DNA of 64,000 nucleotides, taken from assembly GCA_043806035.1 (NCBI GenBank), contig JAZDHK010000005.1:2136-66135 (forward strand). The letters run 5' to 3'. Positions 59,130-64,000 of the stretch are shown here, piece by piece; within the stretch, counting starts at the first letter, position 1; each line of letters starts with the position of its first letter. The translations under genes and the position numbers were made by a program. This DNA is from an archaeon (GTDB lineage Archaea; Nanobdellota; Nanobdellia; Woesearchaeales; UBA9642). A model generated the notes under the pieces. It was given only the letters and a program-made list of their open reading frames with translations, searched no databases and was not told where the DNA came from.

Positions 59130-60614
59130 TCATGGTGCTCGGATGACTTGTTTCTGCACCAAGTCAAGCGTAAGTCTTCCTTTTGTGTCGACGTAGAAAT
59201 CAGTCACTACAATCTTCCTGGTCTTCCACACAATGATGAAATACAGGGGTGCTGCCACGCAGCTGATGAGCAAGGCCAAGAGTAACATGACCGTGCCTAT
59301 GCCGTAACTTTGTGCCATCCATGAGAAGATGGGTACGAGGATGATGATGGGGATGATGGAGAGCAGCGCGAGACTGGAGAAGTATCCTGCAAGCTCGTCT
59401 TTGAGAAGGATCTTCCTGAAAAACATGCCTTGTGCCGTCCCCAACAGTGCTGCGCCGATGATGCTGATGGCAGTTGCCGTTCCCACGCTGATGAGCATGG
59501 GGCTGGCGTAGATGGTGAGCGGCAGGATGGCGACGAGCAAGGTGCCGAAGACGAGCATAGGTCCTTCCCCTATCTTGAGATTGACGCTTCTCGTTATTAA
59601 CGGCCCGAAGACGGCTGCGACGAGTGCTATGACGAAGATAACGGCAACGTTCATGAACCCTCCTAGTCCGACATTGCTGAACTGCCTGTAGATGAAGATG
59701 CCAAAGTAGCTGTTCACGACGAGTTCTGAGACGATGATGAGCACGGTTGCAGCAGTTGCCAGCACGGCAAGCGAGTTCTTCCTCCAGATCTTGAGGTTTT
59801 GTTGTGTCTTGAGCAGGAATGCGTCGAAAATGAACACGTTCTTCTCTTGCACCTCTTCCGGTTTGAGCCTGCTGAGCAGGTATCCTGAGATGATGAAAAG
59901 GATCGCGGTAACTTCAAAGCAGATGATGAATCCGTAAAGTCTGAAGCTCAGCTGCATGCCCAGTAGGGAGAGCGTGAGGGGAATTCCCTGGAGGGGGATG
60001 CTACTCATGATGTAGCCGCTCACGAGCAAGCCTGCTGCAGTGAAGAGCAGTCCTGCAAGGCTTATGTGTGCCAAAAACCAGGGCATTTTTTCCTTGCGCA
60101 ATTGCTGGTGCGTGAATTGCTGGAAGGTATCGCCGTGCGTGACTATCCCTATACTGCCTGAGAGCAAGGCGATGGTGAAGAACCAGGGCGCCTTGAAGAT
60201 GATGCCTATGCTGAGGAAGATGAAGCTGAATCCGAACAGGATGCCTCCCGACCTAATCATGGTCGGGGTTATTCGTTTTGACTTGTCGTACTCTTGGACG
60301 AGCCCTCCGATGATGTTGGTGAGTATTGCCTTCAGCCCATTGACGAGACCTATAAGAAAGAGTCCTGCGCCGGTGAAGAGGAAGAGGATGTTGACGAGTT
60401 GCGGGCTCGTGAGTCCATACCCTATTCGGTCAATGATCTCTTTCGTGGTGATGACGTTGGCTTTTTGCTGCACGTCCGGCCGTTGGTCATGTTTTTGGAT
60501 GGTCACGTCTATATCTACGTCCATAAAGCCTTGCGCGGAGAGCCGTGCTTTCAGTTCCGGCTTGCTTTGACCTTCAGCTATACCTTTACGTACGAGAACG
60601 TCTAACTCACCCAT
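59130..60614 (-). CDS. MFS-type transporter (about 12 TM) with an N-terminal soluble extension of about 60 aa
   Basis: Twelve hydrophobic segments. Assignment to the MFS family is by topology only. Confidence 0.55.
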   Translation of the reverse strand: MGELDVLVRKGIAEGQSKPELKARLSAQGFMDVDIDVTIQKHDQRPDVQQKANVITTKEIIDRIGYGLTSPQLVNILFLFTGAGLFLIGLVNGLKAILTNIIGGLVQEYDKSKRITPTMIRSGGILFGFSFIFLSIGIIFKAPWFFTIALLSGSIGIVTHGDTFQQFTHQQLRKEKMPWFLAHISLAGLLFTAAGLLVSGYIMSSIPLQGIPLTLSLLGMQLSFRLYGFIICFEVTAILFIISGYLLSRLKPEEVQEKNVFIFDAFLLKTQQNLKIWRKNSLAVLATAATVLIIVSELVVNSYFGIFIYRQFSNVGLGGFMNVAVIFVIALVAAVFGPLITRSVNLKIGEGPMLVFGTLLVAILPLTIYASPMLISVGTATAISIIGAALLGTAQGMFFRKILLKDELAGYFSSLALLSIIPIIILVPIFSWMAQSYGIGTVMLLLALLISCVAAPLYFIIVWKTRKIVVTDFYVDTKGRLTLDLVQKQVIRAP

Positions 60615-60758
60615 GGTGTGATTTGGCTGATGATACTTTTTAAAGATTGCTGTTTCAATACCTTTTTAAAGAGTCATTCCTGAGGAGCAAAAAACGAACA
60701 TTGGATGTTTTCTTTTTTTTTTCATAATCTTTAAAAACGCCTTCCCGTTCATGAGCGC

Positions 60759-62195
60759 ATGGCATTGCAGTTCTTCAATACGCGGACGAGAAGCAAAGAG
60801 CCCTTCATGCCCGTCACGGACATAGTTAGATTGTACACGTGCGGTCCCACCGTCTACAATTATGCGCATCTCGGCAACTTCAGGACATACATCTTCGAAG
60901 ACTTGCTGAGAAGATATTTGGAATTCAAAGGCTACACGGTGAAACAAGTCATGAACCTCACTGATGTCGATGACAAAACCATCAAAGGCAGTCAGGCAGA
61001 ACACACGCCGCTGGCGGCGTTTACAAAAAAGTACAAGGACGCATTCTTTGCAGACATCAAGACACTGAACATCGAACCTGCAGACGTCTATCCTGAAGCG
61101 ACGATGCATGTCAAGGAAATGATTTTGCTCATCAAAGCGCTGCTCAAGAAAGGCCTAGCGTACAAGGGAGAGGATGGCAGCATCTACTTCAGCATCAAAA
61201 AATTTCCTGGCTATGGCAAGCTCAGCCACACACCTATTGAGAACCTGCAGGCAGGAGCACGGGTCAAGCAAGATGAGTATGAGAAGGAGAGCGCTGCAGA
61301 CTTTGCCTTGTGGAAGGCATGGGATGAGCAAGACGGTCCTGTCTTCTGGGAAAGTCCACTAGGAAAAGGAAGGCCTGGCTGGCACATTGAGTGCTCAGCC
61401 ATGAGCATGAAGCACCTCACCACTGTTTTCGACGATGGTTTCCATCCGGAGCGGTTCGAAACAATAGATCTGCATACAGGGGGCGTTGACAATCTCTTTC
61501 CGCATCACGAGGATGAGACGGCGCAGAGCGAAGGAGTAACCGGGAAAAGATTCGTGAACTTCTGGTTGCATGCCGAGCATCTCATCGTCGACGGCAAGAA
61601 AATGTCGAAATCACTCGGCAACTTCTACACACTACGGGACGTGCTCGCCAAAGGATATCTCCCCAAAGCAATTCGTTATTGCCTCTTGAGCACGCACTAT
61701 CGCCAACAGCTCAACTTCACCTTCGACAGCCTCGCTGCCGCCCAGACGGTCATCACCCGATTCAGGGACTTCATGCTCAAGCTGAATGAGCTCGTGAGCA
61801 AGCACCAGGATGCCGTCGATGAAAAGATAGCAGCGTACATTGCAAAAGCACGAGAAGATTTCACGATAGCGCTCGACGACGACCTCAACATCAGCGAAGG
61901 ATTGGCCGTGCTGTTCGAATTCATGCGTCTCATCAACACCCTCATGCCTGAAATGAGCGGAAGCGACGCTGCAGCAGTACTCTCATTCGTCGAGGAACTG
62001 GACACCGTGCTTGGTCTGCTTGATTTTGATGAGGAAACGCTAGACCCTGAATTGCAGGCATTAATCGAGCAGCGGGAAGATGCGCGGGCAAAGAGAGACT
62101 ACAAGAGGGCAGACCAGATCAGGAAGGCGTTGAGCGACAAGGGGATCATCCTCGAGGACACCCCGCAAGGCGTGCGCTGGAAGAAAGAGCTGTGA
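60759..62195 (+). CDS. cysS: Cysteinyl-tRNA synthetase
   Basis: CGPTVYNYAHLGN (HIGH region) and KMSKSLGN motifs. A TATA-like box (tctttaaaaa) lies about 24 bp upstream. Confidence 0.9.
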   Translation: MALQFFNTRTRSKEPFMPVTDIVRLYTCGPTVYNYAHLGNFRTYIFEDLLRRYLEFKGYTVKQVMNLTDVDDKTIKGSQAEHTPLAAFTKKYKDAFFADIKTLNIEPADVYPEATMHVKEMILLIKALLKKGLAYKGEDGSIYFSIKKFPGYGKLSHTPIENLQAGARVKQDEYEKESAADFALWKAWDEQDGPVFWESPLGKGRPGWHIECSAMSMKHLTTVFDDGFHPERFETIDLHTGGVDNLFPHHEDETAQSEGVTGKRFVNFWLHAEHLIVDGKKMSKSLGNFYTLRDVLAKGYLPKAIRYCLLSTHYRQQLNFTFDSLAAAQTVITRFRDFMLKLNELVSKHQDAVDEKIAAYIAKAREDFTIALDDDLNISEGLAVLFEFMRLINTLMPEMSGSDAAAVLSFVEELDTVLGLLDFDEETLDPELQALIEQREDARAKRDYKRADQIRKALSDKGIILEDTPQGVRWKKEL

Positions 62196-62214
62196 TGCAC
62201 GCAGAGGAAACAGC

Positions 62215-64000
62215 ATGCTGACGGACAAGGAACTCAAGAAAAAATTCAAGATCGAGGCAGGCAAGGAACCGAAGAAGTATTATCCTGTTACTGTCCTGCA
62301 AGCAGAAGGTTTTGTGCGCAAGCAATGCCCGTCCTGCCAAAAATATTTTTGGACCACGACACAAAGCAAGGTGTGTGGGGATAGCGCTTGCCAGGGCAGG
62401 GTCTCTCTCGACAAGGGCAGCCCTGCAAAGAATGTCCTCTCCTTCATCCAAGTATGGGAGTTGTTCAAAGACTTCTTCAAAAAAAGAGGATACCAACCCG
62501 TGCAGAGATATCCTGTCGCGGCACGCTGGAATCCCACCATGGAATACACCATAGCAAGCATCGCAGCATTCCAGCCCCAGGTCGTATCAGGAGAGATAGA
62601 CCCTCCAGCGAAGAAACTTGTCATCCCCCAATTCTGCCTCCGCTTCGGCGATATAGATAACGTCGGCATCACCGGGAGCCACTGCACGGGATTCGTCATG
62701 ATCGGGCAGCACGCATTCCTCAGCGCAGAGGAGTGGGACCAGGCAACGTTCTTCAGGGACATCTACGAATTCCTCATGCTCGGCATAGGCTTGGAGAAGG
62801 AAGAGCTCATCATCCACGAGGACGCCTGGGCGGGCGGAGGAAATTTTGGCCCGTGCATGGAATTCTTCTCAAGAGGCGTAGAACTCTTCAACCAAGTGTA
62901 CATGATGTTCGAACACAGCGACGCAGGAGACAAGCCGCTCTCCATCAAAGTGCTCGACATGGGATTGGGCATGGAACGCACGGCGTGGTTCACGCAAGGA
63001 ACGCCAACTATCTATGATGCTATTTTCCCTACTGTGCTGGAAAAGCTCAAGGACATAACAAACATCAAGTATGATGGGGAGTTGTTCAGGAAATTCTCTC
63101 CCTATGCGTCATTGCTCAATCTCGACGAAGTCGAAGACATAGACAAGGCATGGGCGCTCGTCGCAAAAAACGTGGGCATTCCTGTTAGTGAGCTGAGAAG
63201 CAAAATACAGGAAATGGCTGCCTTGTATAGCATTGCCGAGCACACCCGCGCATTGCTTGTCGCATTTACTGATGGTGCATTGCCGAGCAATGTTGGCGGA
63301 GGCTATAACTTGCGTGTGCTCATGCGACGCGTCTTCAGCTTCATCGAACAGCACTCGTGGGATATTAACATATTAAGCATCTGCAAGCTCCACGCAGCAT
63401 ATCTCAAGCCAGTATTTCCTGAGCTCATGGACAATCTCGGAGATGTGGGCAGGATCATCGCCAGCGAGAAGAAAAAATATGATGAGAGCAAGAAGCGCAG
63501 CCTGCTCGTGCTTGAGCAAGCGATCAAAAAGCCCATAACGCAAGACGTGTTGATTGACTTGTATGACAGTCATGGCATCACGCCGAGTTCCGTACAGGAC
63601 TATGCTGCGCAGCACGACCTTGTTGTTCGTGTCCCCGATAACTTTTATGCATTGGTGCAGCAACGCCATGAGAAGCAGGAGGTCAAGACGCAGACGCACA
63701 AGGAAGAGAAGCTCCCTCTCGACAACATTCCCGCAACGCAAATCCTCTATTACGATCATTATGACTACCTGGACTTCGAAGCGACCATAACAAAAATTAT
63801 CGGAAACCATGTTATCCTCAACAGAACGGCATTCTACCCGACGAGCGGAGGGCAGTTGCATGATCTCGGGACGATCAACAAGTGCCCCGTCATTGACGTC
63901 TTCAAGCAAGGCAGTGTTATCGTGCACGTCCTCGAACAGCACGCGTTCAAAGAAGGGGACAAAGTGCAAGGAAGGATTGATTTCGAGAGACGGCTGCAGC
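62215..64000 (+). CDS. alaS: Alanyl-tRNA synthetase, 5' part (continues beyond the window end)
   Basis: Hand translation from ATG 62215: MLTDKELKKKFK...FFKKRGYQPVQRYPVAARWNPT...CLRFGDIDNVGITGSHCTGFVMIGQHAF...WAGGGNFGPCMEF. There is no stop through nt 64000. A GAGGA SD lies 8 nt upstream. The gene is absent from the ORF track because it runs off the window edge. Confidence 0.8.
   Translation, partial: MLTDKELKKKFKIEAGKEPKKYYPVTVLQAEGFVRKQCPSCQKYFWTTTQSKVCGDSACQGRVSLDKGSPAKNVLSFIQVWELFKDFFKKRGYQPVQRYPVAARWNPTMEYTIASIAAFQPQVVSGEIDPPAKKLVIPQFCLRFGDIDNVGITGSHCTGFVMIGQHAFLSAEEWDQATFFRDIYEFLMLGIGLEKEELIIHEDAWAGGGNFGPCMEFFSRGVELFNQVYMMFEHSDAGDKPLSIKVLDMGLGMERTAWFTQGTPTIYDAIFPTVLEKLKDITNIKYDGELFRKFSPYASLLNLDEVEDIDKAWALVAKNVGIPVSELRSKIQEMAALYSIAEHTRALLVAFTDGALPSNVGGGYNLRVLMRRVFSFIEQHSWDINILSICKLHAAYLKPVFPELMDNLGDVGRIIASEKKKYDESKKRSLLVLEQAIKKPITQDVLIDLYDSHGITPSSVQDYAAQHDLVVRVPDNFYALVQQRHEKQEVKTQTHKEEKLPLDNIPATQILYYDHYDYLDFEATITKIIGNHVILNRTAFYPTSGGQLHDLGTINKCPVIDVFKQGSVIVHVLEQHAFKEGDKVQGRIDFERRLQ

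Noticed and set aside
62280-63969. Minus-strand ORFs 62280..62762 and 63373..63969 and various short plus-strand ORFs after cysS
   Set aside because: All overlap the hand-translated alaS frame (62215 onward). That frame has unmistakable AlaRS motifs and runs off the window without a stop.

Overview
This 64-kb window looks like a gene-dense archaeal chromosome segment, possibly from a DPANN-like lineage, with about 50% GC. The evidence is consistent: intron-containing tRNAs, TFS, aIF-5A, L40e, Hel308 with a LAGLIDADG intein, an archaeal signal peptidase, a herA-mre11 pair, TATA boxes 20-30 bp upstream of many start codons, and GGAGG-type ribosome-binding sites on some genes. Two long ORFs run off the window edges and are absent from the supplied ORF track for that reason. 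The first is a giant minus-strand gene covering nt 1-17964 (at least 5988 codons, no stop inside the window). The second is alaS starting at 62215 on the plus strand. Almost every plus-strand ORF listed between 1 and 17900 is an antisense shadow of the giant gene. The giant protein is a membrane-anchored, N-glycosylation-sequon-rich mosaic of RCC1 propellers, LamG lectin domains, beta-helix regions and Ig-like modules. Its start overlaps a small HTH gene whose promoter carries three copies of a 12-mer motif. It is the strongest candidate for a previously undescribed cell-surface or host-attachment system in this window. Other notable items: a Hel308 helicase fragment that lacks the RecA1 domain and carries a 511-aa LAGLIDADG intein (a likely split gene); an AsnB::Dph6-like three-domain fusion; a degenerate LAGLIDADG/HTH locus between tRNA-Val and an intron-containing tRNA-Leu, with the ORF running into the tRNA 5' exon; a group-3b-type NAD(P)-linked [NiFe]-hydrogenase operon (FNR-like, hydB, hydG, hydD, hydA, protease) with hypA/hypC 4.5 kb away; a bacterial-type IspE-like kinase; a NUDIX gene interrupted by an in-frame TAA; and a lipoprotein built from about 16 tandem two-Cys repeats. 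The remaining genes are housekeeping: guaA (fused form), tmk, trx, purA, cdd, prx, aIF5A, L40e, a site-2 protease, a TrmH-family methyltransferase, tgt, an SPFH protein, AsnRS-like, cysS, alaS and transporters. No rRNA or CRISPR array was seen.
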